From positions 124,001-188,000 of IMG/VR virus record IMGVR_UViG_3300035703_000005: a stretch of 64,000 nucleotides of DNA. One strand, 5' to 3'. The notes under the pieces were generated by a model. The model was not told where the DNA came from. It saw only the letters and a program-made list of their open reading frames with translations, and made no database searches. This document shows positions 7,643 through 16,974 of the stretch, one piece after another. Position 1 is the stretch's first letter. The number at the start of each line of letters is the position of its first letter. Both the position numbers and the translations under genes were made by a program.

Positions 7643-10137
7643 GAGAAAAAGCTATCTAAACTTACAGATTTTTCTACCGACCATCCAATGGAATCAAGAA
7701 TAATCTTCATTGGTTCAACAAAAGATTTGTTAAACTGAGTATCATAATCAACATATTTTTCCAATCCAAGTTCTCTAGGAAAATCTTGAATGAATCCAAG
7801 AACATTTTCCTGAATTGGATTGGGAACTTTCAGATAGAGAAATTTAATCTTTTCTCCACTTTGAATTGCGGGATATTTCTTATCCAATCCAGCCTTCTTT
7901 GTATAATGATTGTATAGAATTGCACCCCTAACATGAAAAGGAACTCCTTTATTATACATCGTACTTTTAGAAACCCATTTATTAATTTCAGATACACTGC
8001 GGGGAAATGCAATCTCTTCTGGTTTCAGTGACTTAAACTGTTTACGAGCATTTTCAATGAAGTCAATTACATTATCCTCATCTTTGGTCATGATAAGATC
8101 GATTGCATCTTTAATCATTTTTCGACAAGGTGCAGGAGTTGAAGTTTTGATTGCTTCAATACCCATCATCTTAAGTTTGGGTTTCTCATAACGAACCCCC
8201 TCTGAGTCCCACACACGAAGAATGTAACGTTTTTTACCAGTCCAGATACCACGTTCTGCGATGTTCTCGCGTTTCATGTACATCTTTTGATCGTATGCAT
8301 TCAAGTAGTCGGCCAATTCTTGGTAAGAACCTTCAATATACTTCTCAAGTTCCAGGTTACACACCTTATCAAGGAAACTGACAACTTCATCAGTAGTTTT
8401 CTCTCTCCCTTTGAATACAGCGTCAACAAAAGGACCCATATTAATATAAATGGAGTCAGTATCCATAGCAATGACATAATCAACACCCTCTGTTTTGAGA
8501 ACCTTATTCATATAGGAGTTCATCTTCTCCTCAATCCATTGGATTGCAACTTGACCACTCAAAGTAATAGCTTCAGCATTTGCAAGTTTATAATAACGGA
8601 AATACTGATTACCGATGGCACCATAAGCAGAGTTTAGTGCAATCTTTTTAGCCATCTGAATATTGTCACAACGAGAAATCTCTTTCTCCAATTCTTTGGT
8701 TGGAGTTTTCTCATAAGCTTTCTTAGCTTCGATCATCTTCTTCTTAAAGATGACTCGTTCGTTGTACATCTTCTCCATAAGTTCCGGAAGGAACCCACGA
8801 ATATCTTTACGATACATTGCACCATTGGCACAAACTGCATAGTCTTTGTACATTTCAAAAGTAAGTTCTTTTTTTAGAACTTTATCTACAGTAACATTAG
8901 GATGACGAGTATCGAGAAGAGTTTCTGGTGAAATATTGTATTGCATAATCAAGTGCGGATACAGAGAGTTGAGGTCAAAGTTTACGACCCAATCATAAGA
9001 TCCAGGAATAGGTTCCTTAACATATGCACCAGCATATTTCTCATCTTTAGTATTGCGTTCCTTCTGAGGAATCACAATCTTTTTCTTGAGAAGATAGTTG
9101 TAAATAATCGCATCCCAAGTTCTCACCTGATACGCAATATCATTGAAGTTTACCTTTGCGTCAAATGCACGGGTGAAACAAAGGTCAATCAACTTAAGTT
9201 TATCCTCAAGTCGGTCTACTAGTTCTACGTCAACGATGTTATACTCTACAAACTTTTGCCAGTTATTAGAGTAAAAGTCACGGAAAGTATCATACTCAGA
9301 GTGATCCAACTTGTTCTGACCCAACTCCATGAAAGCAATATGATCCAGCCGGTAGCTTTCTTGGTTGGGAGTTGCGGGAGATTTCTTATAAAGATCCAAG
9401 TAATCAATAATAGAAACACCAGCAATATCACAACTTAATTGTTTGCGACCAGAAATAGTTACTTCATTTACACGAACAATGTTCCATGGCGAAAGTCTTT
9501 TTGCAGTTTTCTCGCCCATCAGTCTTGAAATACGACCAACAAGATATGGAAGGTCATATAGTTCACAGTTCCAACCAGTCACTACTTCAGGAGTATTATT
9601 CTGCCACCAATCCATAAAGGAATTGATAAGAGCATATTCATCCTTACAATAAATGTAATTTACGTTCTCCTGCGTGATCTTTGCAGGACGAGAACCAAAC
9701 GTAGTAATCTGTTTAGTATTATAGTCCTGAACTGTAACCAAAAGAAGTTCTTCGGCACAATTGAAGACATCAGGGAATCCACTTTCAGCAGCAACCTCAA
9801 TGTCAATCGTAATAAGTTTGATTTTATTAATATCAAACTCGATTTCGTCTTCCGGATATTTCTCCGCAATGTACTGATAAATGAATCTATCATTTCCATA
9901 TACGCGAAATCCATCTACACCAGAGTACTTCTCAAGAAATTCTCTACAATCTTTAATTGTGCCAGGACGAATTGGTTCTACATTTTGACCATCTAAAGTT
10001 TTATATTCACTTTTTTTCTTTGATGGTACATAAAAAGTAGGGTAAAATTCTTCTTTTACTGTAAAATGTTTTCCATTTTCATATCCGCGAACAAGGATGT
10101 CATTACCAAGTAGAAATACATTCGTATAAAATTTCAT
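7639..10137 (-). CDS. gp43: Family B DNA polymerase (T4 gp43)
   Basis: Exonuclease DIE; FDLNSLYPH, KIALNSAYG, DTDS. Confidence 0.98.
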   Translation of the reverse strand: MKFYTNVFLLGNDILVRGYENGKHFTVKEEFYPTFYVPSKKKSEYKTLDGQNVEPIRPGTIKDCREFLEKYSGVDGFRVYGNDRFIYQYIAEKYPEDEIEFDINKIKLITIDIEVAAESGFPDVFNCAEELLLVTVQDYNTKQITTFGSRPAKITQENVNYIYCKDEYALINSFMDWWQNNTPEVVTGWNCELYDLPYLVGRISRLMGEKTAKRLSPWNIVRVNEVTISGRKQLSCDIAGVSIIDYLDLYKKSPATPNQESYRLDHIAFMELGQNKLDHSEYDTFRDFYSNNWQKFVEYNIVDVELVDRLEDKLKLIDLCFTRAFDAKVNFNDIAYQVRTWDAIIYNYLLKKKIVIPQKERNTKDEKYAGAYVKEPIPGSYDWVVNFDLNSLYPHLIMQYNISPETLLDTRHPNVTVDKVLKKELTFEMYKDYAVCANGAMYRKDIRGFLPELMEKMYNERVIFKKKMIEAKKAYEKTPTKELEKEISRCDNIQMAKKIALNSAYGAIGNQYFRYYKLANAEAITLSGQVAIQWIEEKMNSYMNKVLKTEGVDYVIAMDTDSIYINMGPFVDAVFKGREKTTDEVVSFLDKVCNLELEKYIEGSYQELADYLNAYDQKMYMKRENIAERGIWTGKKRYILRVWDSEGVRYEKPKLKMMGIEAIKTSTPAPCRKMIKDAIDLIMTKDEDNVIDFIENARKQFKSLKPEEIAFPRSVSEINKWVSKSTMYNKGVPFHVRGAILYNHYTKKAGLDKKYPAIQSGEKIKFLYLKVPNPIQENVLGFIQDFPRELGLEKYVDYDTQFNKSFVEPMKIILDSIGWSVEKSVSLDSFFS

Positions 10138-10388
10138 TGAGTAAGGTTCAAATAATCATTAAGTAGAGTTTCTTTGGGATCCACCAAAGTCAAGATCTTA
10201 TCAGAAGATATCATAATTGCATCAGTTGAATCAGTCAACCCATACAACCATGGAGTTAAATTTCCTTCAACAATTTGATAGGGATTAATCAATTTGCAAT
10301 CCGGCTCTCCAAGTTCAGATACCATTGCAGAAATTCTTGAAATTAAAATTGTTCCACTAACTAGAACAATAACCTGTATATCATCCAT
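10134..10388 (-). CDS. Conserved small phage protein, Sm-like fold suspected
   Basis: VIVLVSG...DCKLINPY...PW; coupled to the gp43 start. Confidence 0.7.
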   Translation of the reverse strand: MDDIQVIVLVSGTILISRISAMVSELGEPDCKLINPYQIVEGNLTPWLYGLTDSTDAIMISSDKILTLVDPKETLLNDYLNLTQ

Positions 10389-10809
10389 TTTTCTCTTCCG
10401 TAATTACTTCAAAATTTTCCAACAATGTTTCTTTATCATTATTTTCCACTAAAGAACCTTCAGGCCAAATATCAGAAACAACCTCTTTATGAACACCATT
10501 TGTATTTCCGGACATCTTTGACTCATAAGAAGATTTAACAAGTTCTTGGGGTTCAACTACCGTTATTACCCAAGAAGGATCTACAGCCATTTCTTTATCT
10601 TTGGATAGTGGAATCCAAGGATAAAATGAAACTTTGTGTTCAGATTCAACTACAGTATTTTCTTCAAATAAAATCTGGGGAGTAAGTAATCTAACAACAT
10701 ATGGATTATAAAAGACCAAGGAAACTACCTTTTCATTTTCATCAACTAACTCTTTAATATCTGCGATTACATTCTCACCAGATTTCAATAAAGCAATTTT
10801 TATTGACAT
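10381..10809 (-). CDS. Conserved phage protein, Sm-like fold suspected
   Basis: MSIKIALLKSGENVIADIKE...NPY...PWIPLS; GGAG SD before the ATG at 10809. Confidence 0.75.
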   Translation of the reverse strand: MSIKIALLKSGENVIADIKELVDENEKVVSLVFYNPYVVRLLTPQILFEENTVVESEHKVSFYPWIPLSKDKEMAVDPSWVITVVEPQELVKSSYESKMSGNTNGVHKEVVSDIWPEGSLVENNDKETLLENFEVITEEKNG

Positions 10810-10830
10810 AATTACTCCATACCTCTTAAT

Positions 10831-10859
10831 ACGATACCACAAAAAAATGGGGGTGTCAA
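10831..10859 (-). promoter_or_regulatory. Sigma70-like early promoter
   Basis: TTGACA (10859-10854), 17 nt, TATCGT (10836-10831) with an upstream TG; embedded in a terminator hairpin. Confidence 0.65.
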
Positions 10860-10883
10860 CTGGATTTTGCCAGTTAACCCCCA
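10841..10883 (-). terminator. Intrinsic terminator
   Basis: TGGGGGTTAACTGG-CAAAAT-CCAGTTGACACCCCCA followed by T7. Confidence 0.8.
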
Positions 10884-10907
10884 GCGGCGACGATATTCAA
10901 TGAATAT

Positions 10908-11072
10908 TTATGCGCCGTCTCCACCAGCACTTGAAGAAGATCTCTTAGCACATGCTTTGCCCCCAGGTGCCATGGCATACTTAATTACTTTATAGCACTT
11001 TACTTTAGGTTTAGGAGCAGGTGATCCGAAATCTCCTTCCGCTTCGGACATAAATTGCTTAAAGGATTTCAT
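10908..11072 (-). CDS. 54-aa protein with T4-like capsid-targeting N-terminus, not in ORF track
   Basis: MKSFKQFMSEAEGDFGSPAPKPKVKCYKVIKYAMAPGGKACAKRSSSSAGGDGA; overlaps the hsp20 3' end; AAGGTG upstream. Confidence 0.7.
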   Translation of the reverse strand: MKSFKQFMSEAEGDFGSPAPKPKVKCYKVIKYAMAPGGKACAKRSSSSAGGDGA

Positions 11073-11496
11073 ACACCTTACGTTTCTGATGTTCAGGAAT
11101 AATCCTATTTAGTTTGACATGGAGTAATCCATCCTCAAACTTAACATCCGAAACTTTAACATCGTCGGATAATGTCCAAGTTCTCGTAAAGGCTCTCTTC
11201 GCAAGACCATTGTGAAGATATTCCCCTAGTTCGGAAGTTTCCGCCTTCTTCGCTTCAACGAAGAGTTTGTTCCATTCAGTGAAAACTTCAATATCTTCTT
11301 TTTTATATCCTGCAAGAGCAATCTCTAGACGAAACTCAGTTTCACTCTCCTTAATCAAATTGTATGGTGGATAGTTTGTTGTAGATTCGTGAACCGTTCC
11401 TAAACGGTGAAACCACTCATCCATACCAATACTATATTTTTCAATATCATTTAGAAATTTGTCAATGTTAGCCGTGTTATACTTGGCGAGTAACAT
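11059..11496 (-). CDS. hsp20: Small heat shock protein
   Basis: NYPPYNL, LEIALAG, HNGLAKRAF, FEDGLL, IIPEHQK. Confidence 0.95.
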   Translation of the reverse strand: MLLAKYNTANIDKFLNDIEKYSIGMDEWFHRLGTVHESTTNYPPYNLIKESETEFRLEIALAGYKKEDIEVFTEWNKLFVEAKKAETSELGEYLHNGLAKRAFTRTWTLSDDVKVSDVKFEDGLLHVKLNRIIPEHQKRKVYEIL

Positions 11497-11593
11497 AATA
11501 GACCTCCTTAAGCGTCTGTTTGGTTGAATTACGGATCCGAAGACTCCGCTTTAGCGTATGGGTAGTCAAATGACTGAACCCATCAATATTATA
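11497..11593 (-). promoter_or_regulatory. Structured 5' leader of hsp20 with TATAAT box
   Basis: Three hairpins, one with a C-UUCG-G loop and one covering the GGAGG SD; TATAAT at 11593-11588. Confidence 0.6.
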
Positions 11594-11605
11594 TAGTGAG
11601 ACATT

Positions 11606-11640
11606 AAAAAAGAGGAAGGGTGTAAAACCGATCCTCTTTT
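11606..11640 (-). terminator. Intrinsic terminator after regA
   Basis: AAAAGAGGA...TCCTCTTTTTT hairpin. Confidence 0.7.
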
Positions 11641-11659
11641 GTAGTATATTCCGAATATA

Positions 11660-12091
11660 TCAGACTTCTACTTTCTTTTTTTTACCAATATTGTACTTAC
11701 TTTCAAGAATCCAATCTCCTTTATCCTTATAAGAAAGAACTTTGATTTGATTCAAGGGAGCTACATCAGTAACTGAATCTGGTTTTACAATAGTAACCAA
11801 ACCCCAATCTGAAATTAGATTGATAATTCTATTACGTCTTTGTACATCATTCACGGTAAGATTTGCATGTTTCCCGTCAAGAGCAAACAATTCTTTAAAA
11901 TGAACAATGTAATATTTACCCTGTTTATGAAGAATATGACAGGATTGATAAATTTTCTTTTCCTTACGTGAGGCAACTCCAATACGAGTGAGTGTCTCAC
12001 GGACTTTTAGGAAGTCATCTGGTTCATTCAGAACCACTTCGACCATTTGATCCTGGGACCAATTGACTTCTGGTTCAACAAAGGTACTCAT
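11660..12091 (-). CDS. regA: Translational repressor RegA
   Basis: DFLKVRETLTRIG, YQSCHILHKQG, HFKELF. Confidence 0.97.
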   Translation of the reverse strand: MSTFVEPEVNWSQDQMVEVVLNEPDDFLKVRETLTRIGVASRKEKKIYQSCHILHKQGKYYIVHFKELFALDGKHANLTVNDVQRRNRIINLISDWGLVTIVKPDSVTDVAPLNQIKVLSYKDKGDWILESKYNIGKKKKVEV

Positions 12092-12477
12092 TTTTTGCCT
12101 CCAACATCAAGTTTTTGTTTAATAAATGTAATTTGATCCTTACTAAGAATTTTCAATGCTTGTTGGGCCTTTTCATTACTATAACCATAGTACGATTTGA
12201 CTGCATCAAGATCTTGAATTTTCTCTTTTTTAAGCCACGGAGAAAATCTTTTCCGTTTCCTGACACTATTTAGTAAAAAATCATATTGCAACTTGGAAGG
12301 AAGTCCATGATTCATGTTCATCTCGTTTGCAAACATAATCGTGTCAATATGACCTGACATACATTTATTGACAACAAATGCAGGATATTTCTTTTCCCAT
12401 TGTGGATCAGATTCATCCATCAAATATTCCTTTGTGAAATTGATGGAATTTAGATAATCTTTCAGTTCGTAACTCAT
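12088..12477 (-). CDS. gp62: Clamp loader small subunit (gp62)
   Basis: ANEMN, QYDFLLNSVRKRKRFSPW, YYGYSNEKA; directly upstream of regA. Confidence 0.93.
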   Translation of the reverse strand: MSYELKDYLNSINFTKEYLMDESDPQWEKKYPAFVVNKCMSGHIDTIMFANEMNMNHGLPSKLQYDFLLNSVRKRKRFSPWLKKEKIQDLDAVKSYYGYSNEKAQQALKILSKDQITFIKQKLDVGGKK

Positions 12478-13595
12478 CGGATAATATCAATAGAATCGGG
12501 ATTTTTATTCCAAGTTTCAAGTTCAGTACGAAGACGACCTTCGGACTTCAAAGTTTCATAACGATTAGAAGCCTTTTTCTTCCACCAATTGACAAGATTG
12601 TCAAAATGAAACTTGTCATAGTTTTGACCTGGACGCAATACCTCTTCCTGACCCAGAATTACTTCACGAGCATTGTCAAAACCATAGTCCGAAATATAAA
12701 ACCTCTTTTGTTCAGTCAGATTTTTTGCATTTACAATCGCAGTCTGGAACTCCGCAACCTTTTGAGAAGGTAAGCTTTTCTTGATGATTGCGATCATCTT
12801 TTGTTGTGTCTTTAGTTTCCGACTCGATGCGTCCTCCTTCACTAGAGACTCGTTGTTGTTCCTCTGAATAAACCATTTGTTTAACTCCTGAAAAATTTCA
12901 TCATGGAGCAGAGGAGTAAAATCACTTTGGGTAAGACCTTTATATCTCATATAAGGTTTTAGACCATCATACTGGGATGAGGCTTTAGTAGAACCATAAA
13001 GAGAGGTTGTCTCAAAAGAACAAATATCTGCGCCATACTTCTTATTTAATGTTTCACGAGCAGTATGAGAACAACAAAGAAGTGCAAGAAGTTTACCCCC
13101 AAGATAATTAAATCCAAAAGGTTGAGTTGGGACAATAATGAATCCCATAATTGCATGACGATTGAACCTAGACAATTCTGGCGTCTGTCCAAGCCAATCA
13201 TTGCGTGGTTTAGAATTAATTGTAGGAGATCCAAACCTACAGAATCCCACAATCTTCTGTGTATTAGTTTCTTGTACGATCCACTTTAGGGATTTGCCGG
13301 GAATACTATCTTCAATTGCATGAGAAGTAGTAATCTGCAATCTCTCATTAAAATATTCATTTGTGAATCCACCCTTTTCTCCTGCAGGATAAACTTTGAA
13401 GTTCATGTCCTGTGGGTGCATGTCAAACGAATCAAACATGTCATCTTCAGGCCCAAGACCCAAGATAGATGAAGGTATTTGACTCATTCTATCAAGTTTC
13501 ACATTACGCAAGTATTCATCAATTCTTCCCATGTTAGAAAAGTAATCAATAAATTTATCCGCTGCGTAAATCGCATCATCAAGTTCTAGTTGCAT
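12474..13595 (-). CDS. DUF4338/DruA-like protein
   Basis: PFGFNYLGGKLLA and ETTSLYG...SSQYD resemble remembered DruA-family motifs. Confidence 0.6.
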   Translation of the reverse strand: MQLELDDAIYAADKFIDYFSNMGRIDEYLRNVKLDRMSQIPSSILGLGPEDDMFDSFDMHPQDMNFKVYPAGEKGGFTNEYFNERLQITTSHAIEDSIPGKSLKWIVQETNTQKIVGFCRFGSPTINSKPRNDWLGQTPELSRFNRHAIMGFIIVPTQPFGFNYLGGKLLALLCCSHTARETLNKKYGADICSFETTSLYGSTKASSQYDGLKPYMRYKGLTQSDFTPLLHDEIFQELNKWFIQRNNNESLVKEDASSRKLKTQQKMIAIIKKSLPSQKVAEFQTAIVNAKNLTEQKRFYISDYGFDNAREVILGQEEVLRPGQNYDKFHFDNLVNWWKKKASNRYETLKSEGRLRTELETWNKNPDSIDIIR

Positions 13596-13596
13596 A

Positions 13597-13893
13597 TCAG
13601 AGAATCAATTTTTTATCATCGGGAACTACAAGTTTACTCCCGTAAATTTCATTATACTTGTTTTTAATTTGACTATCAACATCTGCAATATAGACCACGA
13701 AGTTTTTGGAGACTTGAACTTCAGGATTATCTTTGTCAATTACAGGAGTCCACGGAGCAAACCCAACACCACCTTGAGCTGTTGGAAGAACCACAAGTCC
13801 ATTTTTCATGACAACAGAAGTATCAGTTTCGAAAACAAGTTCTGCAACGACTTCTTCGCCAGTAGAAATACGAAATAGTTTTACATTAATCAT
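13597..13893 (-). CDS. Conserved small phage protein, Sm-like fold suspected
   Basis: VKLFRISTGEEVVAEL...GFAPW...YNEIYGS. Confidence 0.75.
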   Translation of the reverse strand: MINVKLFRISTGEEVVAELVFETDTSVVMKNGLVVLPTAQGGVGFAPWTPVIDKDNPEVQVSKNFVVYIADVDSQIKNKYNEIYGSKLVVPDDKKLIL

Positions 13894-14834
13894 TTGAATT
13901 CACACTCACACATAATTTCAGTTAATGCTGCAAGGATATTCACTTCCTGGTCAGCCACGAACGCACATTGGTATTGATACTTAGCAATAATAAGAACGGC
14001 AGCGGGGATAGACTGGGGTGAAAGATGGTCAAAAGAGGCGTCATAAACCCTGCGAAGTAGACTAGAAGCATCGTTGTCCAAGTTGGCGACCACCCACTTT
14101 CGGACTTCAGTAAAGTTTTTAGTTTTGAGATGTTTAATGAGTTCATTGACGGAAATATCTGAGAAAGATGCCAGAATTGCAGAGTCAATCTTTCCCCCAG
14201 TTGAATATCGTTGACATTCATTAAGAACTCTACGAAAATCTGGAAAATATTTTGTGACCAGTTGTGCAACAACTTTTTGATCATACTCAATTTTTTCTGC
14301 ATCCAAAATTAATTGGAGGCGTTGAAAGAAACTTTCCGCAAGTTGAATTTTTTGTTTTCCCTTAATAGTAAAATCAATTACTGCACATCTAGAATGAAGA
14401 GGTTCAATAATTTTATTTTTATAATTACAAGTAAAAATAAATCTACAATTATTATAAAATGACTCAATATTTGCCCTCAGAAGAAGTTGAACATCATGGG
14501 TTGTATTGTCACTTTCATCCACAATGATTACTTTGTGTTTACTGTTTCCTTGAAGTGATACGGTAGAAGCAAAGTTCTTTGCTTGGTTTCTAACTGTATC
14601 AAGAAATCGTCCCTCATCAGATCCATTAATTAGATAATAATCCGATCCAAGCTGCTCGCATAATGCTTTCGCAATAGTAGTTTTTCCAATACCAGGAGGA
14701 CCGGAAAGGAGAAGATTGGGAATTTCTCCCTTTTCAATAAAGTCCAAGAAAGTTTTTTTAGTATCCTCTGGGAGGATACAATCTTCTACTTTTTTTGGCC
14801 TCCACTTTTCCACCCACAAAAAATTATCAGTCAT
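13890..14834 (-). CDS. gp44: Clamp loader large subunit (gp44)
   Basis: LWVEKWRP, GPPGIGKTT, INGSD, LHSRC, FPDFRR. Confidence 0.96.
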   Translation of the reverse strand: MTDNFLWVEKWRPKKVEDCILPEDTKKTFLDFIEKGEIPNLLLSGPPGIGKTTIAKALCEQLGSDYYLINGSDEGRFLDTVRNQAKNFASTVSLQGNSKHKVIIVDESDNTTHDVQLLLRANIESFYNNCRFIFTCNYKNKIIEPLHSRCAVIDFTIKGKQKIQLAESFFQRLQLILDAEKIEYDQKVVAQLVTKYFPDFRRVLNECQRYSTGGKIDSAILASFSDISVNELIKHLKTKNFTEVRKWVVANLDNDASSLLRRVYDASFDHLSPQSIPAAVLIIAKYQYQCAFVADQEVNILAALTEIMCECEFK

Positions 14835-15283
14835 TAATAAACTCCATTCAATACATTCCAAATACTTCGTTGACTTTTACCCACAATATCAGCAATCTCT
14901 CTTTGAGGCAATCCTTGTTCAGAAAGATTTTTTATTTGTTGTTTAATCCCATCTCCTAATTGAGATCTTCCTTTTTTAAGTTCAGGTCTCCCCAAATGAG
15001 ACCTCCTTGTATTCTCGGAACGAGGCAACCATCTCAAGTTTTCAACTTTGTTATTGGTTTTGTTTTCATCAATATGGTCTATACACCAGTCTCTACCTTT
15101 TGGTTTTGGTTCTCCCCAACATTCTATTACAAGTTGATGAAGTCTTTTTTGACGAACATTAATGTATCCGTCTCTTTTATCAATTCTACCAATGGGTTTT
15201 ACATTTATAATTTTACCACAAGCACTTACATAAATGTCTGGATAAGTTTTTGATTGTTTGTAAGTAATTCCGTTAAGTTCCAT
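14834..15283 (-). CDS. Free-standing HNH homing endonuclease with C-terminal HTH
   Basis: LHQLV...IDHIDENKTNNKVENLRWL...EN, then an HTH (LPQREIADIVGKSQRSIWNVL); own late promoter. Confidence 0.88.
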   Translation of the reverse strand: MELNGITYKQSKTYPDIYVSACGKIINVKPIGRIDKRDGYINVRQKRLHQLVIECWGEPKPKGRDWCIDHIDENKTNNKVENLRWLPRSENTRRSHLGRPELKKGRSQLGDGIKQQIKNLSEQGLPQREIADIVGKSQRSIWNVLNGVY

Positions 15284-15304
15284 TGGAAGAGTAATAACTA
15301 TTAG

Positions 15305-15341
15305 TATTTATATCCAAACTACACTAAATGTAGTTTGGATA
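15305..15341 (-). promoter_or_regulatory. Late promoter TATAAATA abutting a perfect 13-bp inverted repeat
   Basis: TATCCAAACTACA-5 nt-TGTAGTTTGGATA at 15311-15341; TATAAATA at 15312-15305. Confidence 0.75.
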
Positions 15342-15342
15342 A

Positions 15343-15855
15343 TTAAATCCAATCAGGTTTTCGTTCGGGCATACGAAGGTAATTATCCTTCACCCAAGGT
15401 TTAGAAGCAATATACCTTTTATAAGCAGTAAAGGTATCAATACTATCATCAAACTTCCACTCTTCTGGCATTGCACGAGCAAATGGAGTTACTTCTGTGA
15501 TCTTTCCCTTAGGAAAAAGGTAGTAAGCATCTACAAGTGTTTTGTAACAAGAGTGCGTTTTATTATAACGCAAGGCATATTCATCCGCAAGATTCATTCC
15601 CCACTTGATCAACCAATAGGCATTATGGATACTTTCCATTGCCCATTTGGTACAGGGATGATTACGAAACGCACCCTTTTCAGTTCTGTAGGGAGTACCA
15701 TCAGCTTTAGGGAGAGTGCCGTAGTTATGACCCCATTTTTCAGATGCCACAATGGAAAGCATTTGACAGCACTCCAGTGGCATCTTGACAATGTGTTTAT
15801 CGGGAAGACAGACAGCACTCTCTGCAGGCCAGGGAGAAGTCACAAAAATGTTCAT
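15343..15855 (-). CDS. Pyrimidine-dimer DNA glycosylase / DenV-like protein
   Basis: MNIF...DKHIVKMPLE...NHPCTKW...PFARAMP. Confidence 0.75.
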   Translation of the reverse strand: MNIFVTSPWPAESAVCLPDKHIVKMPLECCQMLSIVASEKWGHNYGTLPKADGTPYRTEKGAFRNHPCTKWAMESIHNAYWLIKWGMNLADEYALRYNKTHSCYKTLVDAYYLFPKGKITEVTPFARAMPEEWKFDDSIDTFTAYKRYIASKPWVKDNYLRMPERKPDWI

Positions 15856-15872
15856 AATAAAAGTGAGTCAAC

Positions 15873-16541
15873 TCACTCATCATAAGTGGAGTCGGGTTCC
15901 AAAGCAATGTAGTATGTAAGATTCTTATCTTCCGACTGGAATCGGGACAGGAGTTTCTTGGAGATCACAACCTCATAAGAACCAGGAAGAATCTTAATGT
16001 TCTCAACCTTAAAGTTCAGAACAAAAGTACCAGTGGTCTCACCAACAACCAGCGAATATTCGTTAGAAGTATCATTCTTCTTATCACGAACAACTAGTTT
16101 CACAACACCAGCTTCACCAACCACAGAAAGGTCTGGAACACCATAAACTGCTGCAGCCTTGAGAAGTTTATCCAGTTGTTGAGTATTCAGTTCAAAACAG
16201 ACATCCTCAGAAGGAAGAGAAATGGACTTTTCGGGAGGAGTCACAATCACTGCAGGATCAGCGAAGAAATACTTGGATCGTGCATTACCCTCACTGACAG
16301 TCACATAACTATCGTTCGCAAACTTAAGTTGGGGATTCTGATAGAGAGACATTGCATTCAGGAACTGGTTCAGGTCATAAATGCCAAAGTCGCGTTCAAA
16401 TTCTTCTTCAACTTCCACTTCTGCAAGGATATTCTTCATCACAGAAATCGTGCGAAGTTTATTACCTTTCTTGAAGAGAATAGACTGGTTAATACCAGAG
16501 AAGTTCTTGAGAAGGGAAAGAGTTTTTTCAGAAAGTTTCAT
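15873..16541 (-). CDS. gp45: Sliding clamp (gp45)
   Basis: MKLSEKTLSLLKNFSGINQS, FGIYDLNQFL, YYIALE. Confidence 0.96.
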   Translation of the reverse strand: MKLSEKTLSLLKNFSGINQSILFKKGNKLRTISVMKNILAEVEVEEEFERDFGIYDLNQFLNAMSLYQNPQLKFANDSYVTVSEGNARSKYFFADPAVIVTPPEKSISLPSEDVCFELNTQQLDKLLKAAAVYGVPDLSVVGEAGVVKLVVRDKKNDTSNEYSLVVGETTGTFVLNFKVENIKILPGSYEVVISKKLLSRFQSEDKNLTYYIALEPDSTYDE

Positions 16542-16558
16542 AGTGTTGTCCTTGAGTT

Positions 16559-16936
16559 TCACTTGTTTTCTACCAGGTTAAGGTGATTGATCAAAAGAAT
16601 AGTATAGTGGAGAACTTTGAAAAGATCCGCACGAGGAGTTCCTTTTGTGTCGTAACGATCAATATACTTGGTCACATTTCCTGCACAAAATCCTTCACGA
16701 CGATTGTGTTTAATTTTATCAAGAGTCTGTTCAGTTCCACCTCCAGTCCTATCAACATAATGTTGACTATAAGTTCCAGAAATATATTCCTCAAGTTGTT
16801 TGAGAATTTTATCTTCGTTATATTTCCAAAAATGATTTGAGTTGTCGTTCATAACAGGTTTTTTGTCAATTACAATTTTATCTTCACTATTCATTGAAAT
16901 AGTGAATTCATTCATAGAATAGGGATGTTCGTCCAT
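16559..16936 (-). CDS. Conserved hypothetical protein, DUF3310-like (possible nucleotide kinase)
   Basis: TYSQHY...GFCAGNVTKYIDRY..KG...DLFK; start codon uncertain. Confidence 0.6.
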   Translation of the reverse strand: MDEHPYSMNEFTISMNSEDKIVIDKKPVMNDNSNHFWKYNEDKILKQLEEYISGTYSQHYVDRTGGGTEQTLDKIKHNRREGFCAGNVTKYIDRYDTKGTPRADLFKVLHYTILLINHLNLVENK

Positions 16937-16974
16937 AATAAAGGGAAGGCGCATTTTTACCTTCCCCAATTATA

